Shown piece after piece: positions 41,403 to 51,085 of a DNA stretch of 64,000 bases. The position numbers were made by a program, and so were the translations under genes. Source of the stretch: Nitrospinales bacterium (lineage in GTDB: Bacteria > Nitrospinota > Nitrospinia > Nitrospinales > VA-1); the NCBI GenBank assembly GCA_965223345.1, contig CBDCWG010000012.1, positions 1,184,001 to 1,248,000 on the forward strand. The letters are read 5' to 3'. Numbering within the stretch: position 1 is the stretch's first letter; each line of letters opens with the position of its first letter. The notes under the pieces are model-generated. The model was not told the origin of the DNA and searched no databases. It saw only the letters and a list, made by a program, of their open reading frames with translations.

Positions 41403-42200
41403 CTAGGGAACCGGGCGCACGATGCGGAAACCGTAGATTTCCTTTTTTGCGTCGGGGGTGTTGCGGGCGCGGTGCACCACCTGCACGCCGTCGATGTCGT
41501 TGATCCAGGAACCGCCGCGCAGCACCTTCATGGTGCCGGGGCCTTCCGGCCCTTCGGGGGTGATTTCCGGGCTTTCGCGGTAATATTCGGCGGCGTACCA
41601 GTCCAGGCACCATTCCCAGACGTTGCCTGCGGTGTTGAACAGTCCGAACGGGCTCACGCCGGACTGGTAATAGTTCACCGGAGCGGTGAAGGGATAGTTG
41701 TCTTCTTCGCCGTACACGTTGACGAAATAGAGATGCGTGCCCTGTTCCCATTTGTCGCCCCAGGGCCAGAGCCTGCCGTCGTTGCCGCGTGCGGCTTTTT
41801 CCCATTCCGCTTCGGTGGGCAGCCGCCCGCCTTTCCATTTTGCGTAGGCCATGGCGTCGTGCCAGGTGACCCCGACGACGGGAAAATCCGGTTTGTTGAA
41901 GTTTTCATCGTCCCAGAAAGGGGGCTTGGCGTGGCCGGTGGCCTCGATGAACTTTTGATACTCGGCGTTGCTCACTTCGTATTTGTCGATGAAGTAAGCC
42001 GGCGTGTACACGAAGTGCATGGGCTTTTCATCGTCCCGGCCCGCTGCAGTCCCCATCTGAAAATATCCTGCGGGAACGTATACCATTCCCGGCGGCGCTT
42101 CCTTCTGCGCTTCGGCCTGGGAAATCAGGAAAACCGGAAAAATGAAAACAAGGAAAAACAGGATCTGCCTGAAAAAGACAGCGCGGGGGAATACGGTCAT
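41403..42200 (-). CDS. Exported FGE-sulfatase domain protein
   Basis: GMVYVPAGYFQMG, RLPTEAEWEKAARG, GNVWEW, and RGGSW motifs. Confidence 0.9.
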   Translation of the reverse strand: MTVFPRAVFFRQILFFLVFIFPVFLISQAEAQKEAPPGMVYVPAGYFQMGTAAGRDDEKPMHFVYTPAYFIDKYEVSNAEYQKFIEATGHAKPPFWDDENFNKPDFPVVGVTWHDAMAYAKWKGGRLPTEAEWEKAARGNDGRLWPWGDKWEQGTHLYFVNVYGEEDNYPFTAPVNYYQSGVSPFGLFNTAGNVWEWCLDWYAAEYYRESPEITPEGPEGPGTMKVLRGGSWINDIDGVQVVHRARNTPDAKKEIYGFRIVRPVP

Positions 42201-42433
42201 TTGACCGTGAAAAAACCGATGTGGGTGACCAGGTCTTCCCGGGTTTCTACAGGAAGGTCTTCCTCGAGATTTTCGATGTCGATCCATTTGTAGTGCCCGT
42301 TCCAGCAATTGAGGGTGACCACAGTGTTGCCGTACCAGTCCATCGTGCGATTCAGAAAGATCGGAGCCTGGCATCGCTGGCAATAGCCTCGTATCGACAG
42401 GGTCGATGGGCACTCTGTGTTTGCGTTTTCCAT
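42197..42433 (-). CDS. Small hypothetical protein, possible Zn-ribbon
   Basis: CQRC...CWNGH. Its stop overlaps the next start (ATGA). Confidence 0.7.
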   Translation of the reverse strand: MENANTECPSTLSIRGYCQRCQAPIFLNRTMDWYGNTVVTLNCWNGHYKWIDIENLEEDLPVETREDLVTHIGFFTVK

Positions 42434-42666
42434 CGGGCAAAAATTCAACGGCTGCGAACATTTTAATGAATCAAACCATATTAAGAAATTGTAGGCTCAA
42501 AAATCGCCGGAGGGCAAGATATATTTGCGTTTCCCCGCAATTTGAATTTTTTGCACATCTTAAAATGTCAAGTATTTTTTGCCGGCAACCGGCTTTAAAG
42601 CCCCGTGCGAAGCGGTCTTCCGACCGGGGATGTGGCGGGAAAGAAAAGGGGGAGAGCGGGAAACGT

Positions 42667-43245
<579 letters not shown>

Positions 43246-43403
43246 GTTTCGGGGGCTTCGGCTGCCGGAAGCGCGATTCCAAATAGAATTTTTTTCAAGA
43301 CTGTTTTATTATAGACGCAATCCGTCGCAAACCCCGGTTGGAAAATTCATTCCGCCCCCGGAACCCATCGGGGTGTGACGTTTTTTTCGAGAAGAGGAAC
43401 GAC

Positions 43404-43796
43404 ATGGCAGGAGCTTCCTATCAAATACAAGTGCGGCACATCCTGGTGGACAAAAAGGAAGTCGCGGACCTTCTGATGGAAACCATCAATTCGGTCAAGT
43501 CCGGCACCGGGCGCGTCAAGATGCTGATGAACCTCGCGGAAAAATACAGCCAGTGCGCCTCCAAATCGGAAGGCGGCAACCTGGGCTGGCTGGAGCTGGG
43601 CTGGAACGCGGAGGACCCGAGAAAACCGCGCGGCGGATTCAAGAAGCTGGAAAATGAAGAGCTGTACGACTCCATCTGCGAAGGATTGGAAAAACGCACG
43701 CTGGACAGCAAGGTGGCGTACGGTCCCGTCAAAACCCGCGAAGGCTACCACCTGGTGATGGTGGCGAACGAGTTCCACACCGACCGCATTCTTTAA
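43404..43796 (+). CDS. Cytoplasmic parvulin-like peptidyl-prolyl isomerase
   Basis: VRHILV, LAEKYSQCASKSEGGNLGW, and GPVKTREGYHLV motifs. Confidence 0.85.
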   Translation: MAGASYQIQVRHILVDKKEVADLLMETINSVKSGTGRVKMLMNLAEKYSQCASKSEGGNLGWLELGWNAEDPRKPRGGFKKLENEELYDSICEGLEKRTLDSKVAYGPVKTREGYHLVMVANEFHTDRIL

Positions 43797-43915
43797 GCGC
43801 TTCTCCTGTTAAAAGTATCTCCCTTCATTTCTTCTATTGCCGGGTCTCTTTCCCAATAAATAACGAGCGGGCAAACGTCACAGCTTGCAGACGCACAGCA
43901 GTTGGATGTGTGTTT

Positions 43916-45031
43916 TTATTCTGAAAGCGTGGGTGTCGCCAGGGAGGGCTGTTTCTTTTCCGCTTCGACGAAGTTGTAGGCGAAGCAGCCGCTGGAGCAG
44001 CGCACCATGTAGTGCGGGCAGGAGGCGCAGGGTTCCTTGACTTTGGTTTCTTCGAACACATTGTTCAAAAACCGCGAGCCCATTTTGGCCATGGCGATGG
44101 AATTGACTTCTTTGAATTCATCGACGTTGGCGAGCTTGAGGTTGTGGAAGGGGAAGCAGTTGAAGCAGTCCCCCTTGCTGTCGATGTCCATCGGGCTGCC
44201 GTCGGCGCAGCCGAAATAGAGGTCCTGCGACTTCCATTCCATCAGGTCCGGCACCTGTTTGTTGCCGTGAAAGTAGATGCGCTCGGTCAGCGAGTATTCG
44301 TCCTCTTCAATCTCATCGATGAAGCAGGGTGGAAACGAACAGTCGAAGCGGAAGCACATCTGCGGGAATGCCTTGAGAATGTCGAGCATCCGGCGTCCCA
44401 TCTTCGGGAAGTCGCGGATGGGCAGGTAGTCGTTTTTCACATCGCCGATGATGGGGAACGCGGGGCTGACGCGGATCTTGTACAACTGGTCTTTCGGCAG
44501 GCCCACTTCCTGGTAGATGGCGTCGATCTCGGCGCATTGGGTGCGCAGGTCCTGGTGCTTGGAATACAGGTTGATGCTGAACGTGATGCTGTAGCCGTTG
44601 ATGCGCAGCAATTCGCGCGCCACCTGTCCGCAGCGGGCGTGGTTTTTTTCCGAGATGTTCTCGCGGGTCTGCCAGTTGAGCAGGATGGCGAAGTACACGT
44701 TGCGCTTGATCGAACCGTTGACGCCGGCGGTGCGCTTGAACAGGTCGAGCACTTTATCGGGCATAAGCCCGTTGGAAAACACGCTGAGCGCGGAGTAGGG
44801 ATTGACCGTATCCAGGGTGCGGGTGAAAATCTCGTTGAATAGGGGATGCAGGGTGGGCTCGCCGCCCATGAAATTGATGATGGGGGTGTTCTGGATCTTC
44901 GGCAGCAGGGTGTCGGTGAAGTAGTCGAATTCCATGGATTTTCCGGGCGTCCGCACGGTCTCTTCCATGTATTCGTCGGCAAAACAGTAATTGCACTTCA
45001 AATTGCAATAACTGTTTAAAATGATATTCAT
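43916..45031 (-). CDS. Radical SAM protein with a C-terminal SPASM-like domain
   Basis: CNLKCNYC, GGEPTLHP and FSNG. The C-terminus has GC...GDCFNC...CASC...CSSGC. Confidence 0.9.
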   Translation of the reverse strand: MNIILNSYCNLKCNYCFADEYMEETVRTPGKSMEFDYFTDTLLPKIQNTPIINFMGGEPTLHPLFNEIFTRTLDTVNPYSALSVFSNGLMPDKVLDLFKRTAGVNGSIKRNVYFAILLNWQTRENISEKNHARCGQVARELLRINGYSITFSINLYSKHQDLRTQCAEIDAIYQEVGLPKDQLYKIRVSPAFPIIGDVKNDYLPIRDFPKMGRRMLDILKAFPQMCFRFDCSFPPCFIDEIEEDEYSLTERIYFHGNKQVPDLMEWKSQDLYFGCADGSPMDIDSKGDCFNCFPFHNLKLANVDEFKEVNSIAMAKMGSRFLNNVFEETKVKEPCASCPHYMVRCSSGCFAYNFVEAEKKQPSLATPTLSE

Positions 45032-45118
45032 GACACGCCTCCCGCAGGGGTTCGGCCGGATTCCGGGCAGCCGTTAAACCTCCAGAAAAAGGCTTTTTAG
45101 GAGGTGTTCGGTGTTTCA

Positions 45119-45155
45119 CCTACAGGCTGTAGGAAATAGCCCTACCATCATACCA
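45119..45155 (-). promoter_or_regulatory. Extended -10 promoter and palindromic operator candidate for the radical SAM gene
   Basis: Minus-strand TGGTATGAT at 45155-45147. Palindrome CCTACAG-g-CTGTAGG at 45119-45133. Confidence 0.4.
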
Positions 45156-45184
45156 CCCCGGGAGGGGGTTTGCAGCAATTCGGC

Positions 45185-45469
45185 TCAGGGCTCGAATTTT
45201 TTTCTGCGGCGCAGGATCTGGGAGGTGCCGGCGTGCGCCACCAGTTTCAGCTCGAATGGGTGGGTGCGGGAGATGTTGATCAGGCTCTGGATGGCCTTGT
45301 CCTTGGCGTCGGTTTCGTCCTCGCCCTCGCATTTCATCTCCCAGGCGTTGTCCACGGTCGGGATTTTTTCGATGCCGTGCTCCTCCATCCTCAGCAGGAT
45401 GTCCTTTTTGTCTCCTTCCTGAATGTCGTTGAATTGCGCGACGATCAAAACATTGTAAACCTGGCTCAC
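45185..45469 (-). CDS. Hypothetical protein (94 aa)
   Basis: GTG start (MSQVYNVLIVAQF...) after a strong ggaggt RBS. Globular composition. Confidence 0.75.
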   Translation of the reverse strand: MSQVYNVLIVAQFNDIQEGDKKDILLRMEEHGIEKIPTVDNAWEMKCEGEDETDAKDKAIQSLINISRTHPFELKLVAHAGTSQILRRRKKFEP

Positions 45470-45669
45470 GGATGACCTCCTTTCGCTTTGCCTTGCCGAT
45501 GCCGGGAGCCGATAGTGTATACTAGGCCCGGTCAAAATCCCAGCCCACACCGCCCGCGTGTGGGGGGCCGCCTTCAACAAGCCATTTTTTCGAGCGCCGT
45601 TCCCGTTCCCCGTGTTGCGGCCGTTTTCGATTACAAACCCTAGCTTCACCCATCCGAACCGGGTTCCCC

Positions 45670-47172
45670 TTGTCTTTTCTCCAACGCTTTCTCGCCAATG
45701 TGTTCTGGACGGTTTTCGGCAAGATCTGTGTGCAGGGGATTCTGATCGCGGTTTCCATCGCGCTCACCCGCTATCTGGGCAAGGAGCGGCTGGGGGTGTA
45801 CGCCACGCTGCTCGTCATCCCGGCGTTCGTCCGCCTGCTCAATCAGTTCGGTCTGGAAACGCTGATCAACAAGAAACTGCCGGAGCTGAACGTGCACGAC
45901 CCCGGCGGCGGCCAGGGCCGCTTTCTCGTGCGGCGGTTGCTGTGGGTGCGGTTGCTATCCGCCGGGGTGTTTGGCGCTCTGATCTATTTTTTTCTGCCGC
46001 ATTACCTCGACTTCATTCAAAGGCCGGATCTGCTTTCCTTCCGCTGGGTGCTGGTGGTTTATTTTTTCGTGATCACGCTCGATTCCCTGTTCAGCACGCT
46101 GTTCATGACATTGCTGCGCTACCGGCTGGTTTCTCTGGTCGAAACGGCGAGCGCCCTTTGCAATCTGTCGTTGCTCATTCTGTTCATCGTGTGGGACTGG
46201 GGAATCGAAGGTGTGCTTTGGGCCTACGTCCTTTCGATGTTGTTGACGCTTTCGGTTTACAGCGCGCTCGCCATCCGCGAATTCAAAGGCGAGGTCCGGC
46301 CCGTTCAATGGGGGGAGATGAAGCACCTCGCCTGGGTGTCCTACGGCATCAGCCTGCTCAGTTTCGGGTTGCTCACGCAGAGCGACGTGCTGTTGATGAA
46401 TTATTTTCAGGTCGCGGACGCGGACATCGGTTACTATCATCTCGCTTACGGACTCGCGGTGATGGCGGCGTTCGTCATGGCCGGGTTCGGGCCGCTGGCC
46501 TTGTCGCTTTTTTCCGAGACGTTCGCCAAAGAAGCGCACGCTGGTCTTTCCCGGACGTGGTGCGAGATCGTCGGGTTCTCGGCCTTTCTCACGGTGCCGA
46601 TTTACGTGTTCGTTTTTTTCAATGCCGAGGAGCTGATCCGTTTCGTCTACGGCGCGCAATACACCGGTGCGGCGGGCGTGCTGGCCCTGTTCGTCGTATT
46701 CCTCGGTGCGAGTGTGGTCCTGGGCAGCAATTTCACGGTCTCGACGCTGTTCGTGCTGGAAAAAAGAAAGTCCGCCATGCGCTCCACCGTCGAGGGCAGC
46801 GTCCTGAACGTGGCGCTCAACCTGCTGCTGATCCCGCGGTTCGGGATGCTCGGCGCTGCGTTGGCCACAGGCGCGGTGATGCTCTACATGGTGCTCAGGC
46901 AGCTTTGGGAAATTCAGAAAGCCATCCGCATCCGGCCTGTGTTTGCGGTGATGGGAAAATGTTTTTTCCTGTCTCTGGCTGCGGCGCTGCCGCTGTTCGT
47001 GCTGGATGCCTTCATGCAGGGACATCTGATCGTCAACGCAGCGGTTTATGGCGCGGGTTTTCTGCTGCTCATGCTGTGGCGCAAGCCGATCACCGAGGAG
47101 CACCGGCGCATATTGACGGACCTGTATCCGCGGCTCGACGGCTGGGTGCGCTGTTTTGTGCGCGGCACCTGA
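45670..47172 (+). CDS. Polysaccharide flippase (Wzx/MOP superfamily)
   Basis: LTRYLGKERLGVY, many TMs, and LNLLLIPRFGMLGAALAT motifs. Confidence 0.9.
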   Translation: MSFLQRFLANVFWTVFGKICVQGILIAVSIALTRYLGKERLGVYATLLVIPAFVRLLNQFGLETLINKKLPELNVHDPGGGQGRFLVRRLLWVRLLSAGVFGALIYFFLPHYLDFIQRPDLLSFRWVLVVYFFVITLDSLFSTLFMTLLRYRLVSLVETASALCNLSLLILFIVWDWGIEGVLWAYVLSMLLTLSVYSALAIREFKGEVRPVQWGEMKHLAWVSYGISLLSFGLLTQSDVLLMNYFQVADADIGYYHLAYGLAVMAAFVMAGFGPLALSLFSETFAKEAHAGLSRTWCEIVGFSAFLTVPIYVFVFFNAEELIRFVYGAQYTGAAGVLALFVVFLGASVVLGSNFTVSTLFVLEKRKSAMRSTVEGSVLNVALNLLLIPRFGMLGAALATGAVMLYMVLRQLWEIQKAIRIRPVFAVMGKCFFLSLAAALPLFVLDAFMQGHLIVNAAVYGAGFLLLMLWRKPITEEHRRILTDLYPRLDGWVRCFVRGT

Positions 47173-47193
47173 ACTTTCAACGAACGGAATGCG

Positions 47194-48243
47194 ATGAGCG
47201 ATTGCATGGAGTTTGAGTTTTGCGGTAAGCCTCTGGGTGCGGGGCATCCGCCTTTGATCGTCGCGGAAGTGGGGTTCAACCACAACGGCGATGTGGAGCT
47301 GGCCAAGCGGATGATCGAAGCCGCCGCGCGCTGCGGCGCCGATGCGGTGAAGTTGCAGACCTTCGTGGCGGGGGAGTTCATATCGCGGCGCGAGAGGGCG
47401 CCGGACCCGGAGCAGCCTGAAAACACCATCCCGATTTACCAGTTCTTCGAGCGTTCCGAACTCAACCGCGAGCAGTACGCGGCGCTGTTCGCGCACGCCC
47501 GCGCATTGGGGGTGCCGCTTTTCTCGACGCCGTTCGACGACGCGTCGCTCAAATGGCTCATCGATCTGAAAACCCCGGCTCTCAAGGTGGCCTCGCCGGA
47601 TCTCACCCACCTCGCGTTCATCCGCGAGATGGCCGCATGCGGCGTGCCGCTGGTGATCTCGACAGGCATGGGCACATCACAAGAAATCGCGGCGGCGCTC
47701 GATGCGGCGCGCACGGCGGGCAACGAGCGCGTGCTGCTTTTGCACTGTGTGTCCAATTATCCCGCGCGCCATGAAGAGATGAACCTGAACTGCCTCAAGC
47801 ACATGCGGGAAGAATTCAACGTGCCGGTGGGGCTATCGGATCACACGACCGACAATCTGTCGGCGATCGTCGCGGCTTCTCTGGGAGCGGTGATGATCGA
47901 AAAGCATTTCACGATCGACCGGGCGCTTCCCGGAGCCGACAACGCGATCTCCATGCAGCCGGAGGATCTGCGGGCGCTGGTGGCGGCGACGCGTGCGGTT
48001 CCGCTGTTATTAGGGGACGGTAACCGGCGTTTGCAGGATTCGGAGGTTCCCGTCAAGGCCGCGGCGCGGCGCAGCCTGGTCGCCCGCCGCGACATCGAAG
48101 CCGGAACGGTGCTCACGCAGGATCTCATCGCGGTGAAACGGCCGGGCACCGGCATCGCGCCGGGTGACATCGACCGGTTGCTGGGGAAAAAAACCAAAAC
48201 CAGGGTTCTCGCCGATCAGCTGTTCGACTGGGACATGGTCTGA
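47194..48243 (+). CDS. N-acetylneuraminate/nonulosonate synthase family protein (NeuB/PseI/LegI) with SAF domain
   Basis: AEVGFNHNGD, ADAVKLQT, LHCVSNYP, GLSDHT, IEKHFT, and KRPGTGI motifs. Confidence 0.93.
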   Translation: MSDCMEFEFCGKPLGAGHPPLIVAEVGFNHNGDVELAKRMIEAAARCGADAVKLQTFVAGEFISRRERAPDPEQPENTIPIYQFFERSELNREQYAALFAHARALGVPLFSTPFDDASLKWLIDLKTPALKVASPDLTHLAFIREMAACGVPLVISTGMGTSQEIAAALDAARTAGNERVLLLHCVSNYPARHEEMNLNCLKHMREEFNVPVGLSDHTTDNLSAIVAASLGAVMIEKHFTIDRALPGADNAISMQPEDLRALVAATRAVPLLLGDGNRRLQDSEVPVKAAARRSLVARRDIEAGTVLTQDLIAVKRPGTGIAPGDIDRLLGKKTKTRVLADQLFDWDMV

Positions 48244-48269
48244 ACCGATTTCAACGCACCGCAAATCGT

Positions 48270-49271
48270 TCAGTTGGCGCGCGCGTTTTCTTCGGCGCGC
48301 ACTGCGTCGCGCCCGGCTGTGGGCAGCCGGCACAGCCCCGCGACCAGGCTGCCGAGGATGCAGTGCGTCAGGGCGGAGATCGCGCCGGGGACGGTGGCGA
48401 GGGCGAAGCCGGGGAAGTTGGAACGGGCGAGCTCGGTCGCCAGCCCGGAGTTCTGCATACCCACTTCCACCGAAACGGTCTGGGCGTCCCTGTTCTCGAA
48501 TTTCAATACGCGCGACAGCAGGTATCCCAGGAGAAAACCCAGCGCATGCAGCGTGACGACGGCGGCCAGCAGAGGCAGGCCGGTTGCGACGATGGCGTCT
48601 TTTTTTGCCGCCAGGATGAAATCGACGATGAACACGATGGAAAGCACCGCTGCGAAGGGGGTGTAGGCGTTGATCTTTTTCACGCCCTCATGAAACCAGT
48701 GGTTGATCATCACGCCTGCGAGAACCGGCAGCACCACCACCTGGAAGGTGTCGATCAAAAGCGCCAGCGTGTCCACCTCGATGGCGGCGCCCAACAAATC
48801 CTCGGACAGCGAGCGGATGAGCCAGGTGGTCAATAGCGGCGTCATCAGCACCGCGATCAGCGTGGACACGGTGGTCAGGCTCACCGACAGGGCCACGTTG
48901 ACCCGCGCGATGAAACACACGACGTTCGATGCGGTGCCGCCGGGACAGCAGGCGACCAGCACCAGGCCGATCACATAATCGATGGGAAGGTGAAAGGCGC
49001 GCGCCAGCAAGAATCCCAACAGCGGCATGATGCCGTATTGCAGGCCGACGCCCACAAAGATCGAGCGGGGGATTTTGAGGATGCGGGCAAAATCTTTAAT
49101 CTCGAGGGTCAGGCCCATGCTGAGCATGATGACGCCGAGAAAAAAAGGAATCCATTGCGGTTGAAACCAGGTGGCCGTCGCCGGTTCCCACAGGGCGAGT
49201 GCGGCTCCCAGCACGACCCAGACGGGAAAGGCGTTGGCGAGGGCAATGAAGAACCGTTCGGCAGGGGACAC
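48270..49271 (-). CDS. Bile acid:sodium symporter (BASS) family transporter
   Basis: CCPGGTASNV and EVGMQNSGLA motifs. Confidence 0.93.
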   Translation of the reverse strand: MSPAERFFIALANAFPVWVVLGAALALWEPATATWFQPQWIPFFLGVIMLSMGLTLEIKDFARILKIPRSIFVGVGLQYGIMPLLGFLLARAFHLPIDYVIGLVLVACCPGGTASNVVCFIARVNVALSVSLTTVSTLIAVLMTPLLTTWLIRSLSEDLLGAAIEVDTLALLIDTFQVVVLPVLAGVMINHWFHEGVKKINAYTPFAAVLSIVFIVDFILAAKKDAIVATGLPLLAAVVTLHALGFLLGYLLSRVLKFENRDAQTVSVEVGMQNSGLATELARSNFPGFALATVPGAISALTHCILGSLVAGLCRLPTAGRDAVRAEENARAN

Positions 49272-49280
49272 GGAAACGGA

Positions 49281-49925
49281 TCAGGGTTTTTTCTGTACGA
49301 TGATGCTGGAGAAGGCGACCTTGCCGTTGTCGAAGGCCTGGTAGCGGATGACCTTGAGGTTTTTGAAAATGGTCAGCAGTTCGTTTTCCTTAAGCAGGTA
49401 TTTCGGATTGAACTTGGAGTATTTCAGGTAATCGGTGTTGTAGGTTTCCACCACCGCCATGCCGCCGGGTTTCAATGCTTCGGCGAACTGGGTGAACAGG
49501 CTGCGCTGCATGTAATAGGTGCAGACGATCAGATCGTAGGCATTCTTTTCCAACTGGTGGGTTTCCAGATCGACGATTTGGGTTTCGATCTGCACGTTGT
49601 GCTGCGCCGCCAGTTTGTGGGCTTTGTCCAGACCCTTCTGCGAGATGTCGAGCCCGAGCACGTCGAAGCCCTGTGTGGCGAGATACACCCCGTTGCGTCC
49701 TTCGCCCATCGCCAGATCCACCGCCCGGCCCATGGGCAGAAGGTGGATGTTTTCCTTCAGGAACGCGATGGGCCGGGTGCCGAAGAGGTAGCTGTCGGCG
49801 TCCTTGTAATGCTCGTCCCAGCGTTCCGCATCCCTGGGCTTGGCTTCCCCGGTTTCGATTTGCAGCGCCAGCAGGCTGAAGAGGGTCAGAAAAAGAGCAC
49901 AACTTCGGGCGATCGAAGCGTTCAT
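49281..49925 (-). CDS. TehB-like class I SAM methyltransferase with an apparent N-terminal signal peptide
   Basis: RAVDLAMGEGRNGVYLA, DIS and LKPGG. The N-terminus is MNASIARSCALFLTLFSLLALQIETGEA. Confidence 0.85.
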   Translation of the reverse strand: MNASIARSCALFLTLFSLLALQIETGEAKPRDAERWDEHYKDADSYLFGTRPIAFLKENIHLLPMGRAVDLAMGEGRNGVYLATQGFDVLGLDISQKGLDKAHKLAAQHNVQIETQIVDLETHQLEKNAYDLIVCTYYMQRSLFTQFAEALKPGGMAVVETYNTDYLKYSKFNPKYLLKENELLTIFKNLKVIRYQAFDNGKVAFSSIIVQKKP

Positions 49926-50081
49926 GGGCGTTTTCCTTTGCGGATTTTTCCCGTCATTCTACCGCAACCCCCTGACCTGTCAAGCCGATTTCCCCGTTTG
50001 CTTTGGGCGCAGGCGCGTTGTAGAATGCTTTCACCACAAAGCTCCAATTCCGTCGATTCCGCGATCCCATGGGAGGTCCGC

Positions 50082-50639
50082 ATGCCCGTTCTTACACGGA
50101 TTTTTCAAAGCCTGGTTCTCGTTCTTTGTGTGTCCGTCGTCTGCTTTCCGATGTTCGCATCCGCAAAAGCCGCGGAACCGAAAAAACCGGTGGCGCAGTC
50201 CTCCGACCGCAGGTTCAGCGATTTCGGCGACGGCACCGTGCTGGATACGAAAACGGGACTCATGTGGATGAAAAAGGACTACTGGCAGCGTGAGGGCAAA
50301 TGGGTCAACTGGTACACGGCCAACGAATACGCGCAGAGGATGAACAACAAGAATTTCGCCGGTTACGACGACTGGCGTCTGCCGACGCCGGATGAGGCGG
50401 CGAGCCTGTACGACCGCCGCAAGCGCAATGTGGATAAAGACGGGGACAAGATCTACCTCGACCGCATGTTCCCGAAAGGCGCGGGATGGAGCACGTGGAC
50501 CAGTGAGGAAAAGAGCAGCAAGGCGGTGGTGGTTTCCCTGAAAGACGAAGGTGGAAGCGCCTATCAGGATAAGATCACCGGAGTCGATGCGTTTCTCCGC
50601 CTGGTGCGCGGACCGCTGTCCTCGGCAAAAATACAATGA
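50082..50639 (+). CDS. Secreted DUF1566 (Lcl C-terminal) domain protein
   Basis: Signal peptide, RFSDFGDGTVLDTKTGLMW, GYDDWRLPT, and RLVR motifs. Confidence 0.88.
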   Translation: MPVLTRIFQSLVLVLCVSVVCFPMFASAKAAEPKKPVAQSSDRRFSDFGDGTVLDTKTGLMWMKKDYWQREGKWVNWYTANEYAQRMNNKNFAGYDDWRLPTPDEAASLYDRRKRNVDKDGDKIYLDRMFPKGAGWSTWTSEEKSSKAVVVSLKDEGGSAYQDKITGVDAFLRLVRGPLSSAKIQ

Positions 50640-50939
50640 CGGCCTTGTCCCCGCAGTTTGATGCTGCCGGGACATCCCCTACCAGCAAAGAATTCAAAGC
50701 CATTTCCCTCCGGCACGGCTGACTGCGCGGGTCGTTTTTTTACTACAGACGAATCGAAGTTTCGCAGCGCCCGAATCACCGTTTTCGCTCTCCCTTTTTT
50801 TGCACCCATCTCCCATACTGTCATCATAAACCCACCGGATTGGATGACCGGTGTTTGAGCGCAGATCCCGCCGAATCGGGCGATCGCAGCCTGTTCGTGC
50901 GGGAAAGCGGGGTGGAAAACATCCGGGGCAGGGATTATG

Positions 50940-50969
50940 ATTGAGACAACTCACTACTTCAGTCTCAAT
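50940..50969. promoter_or_regulatory. Inverted repeat, candidate operator upstream of the cytochrome cluster
   Basis: ATTGAGAC-N14-GTCTCAAT, about 115 bp before the 51086 start. Confidence 0.45.
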
Positions 50970-51085
50970 ACGGAGGTTCGGCAAGTGCAGGCCGCAAGGG
51001 GGGTGGCCGCCCGACTCAGGAACACCTGCTTTAAAACGAAACAGGTTCTCAAACGAAAATCCATCTTCAGCACAGGAGAGACGCA

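Noticed and set aside
48990..50081. N-terminal part of the 549-aa + strand ORF
   Set aside because: It is antisense to the BASS and methyltransferase genes. The real DUF1566 gene starts at 50082.
50640..51085. Possible known riboswitch (c-di-GMP, cobalamin, TPP) upstream of the cytochrome cluster
   Set aside because: I could not match the consensus elements by eye. Only generic hairpins and the inverted repeat are supported.
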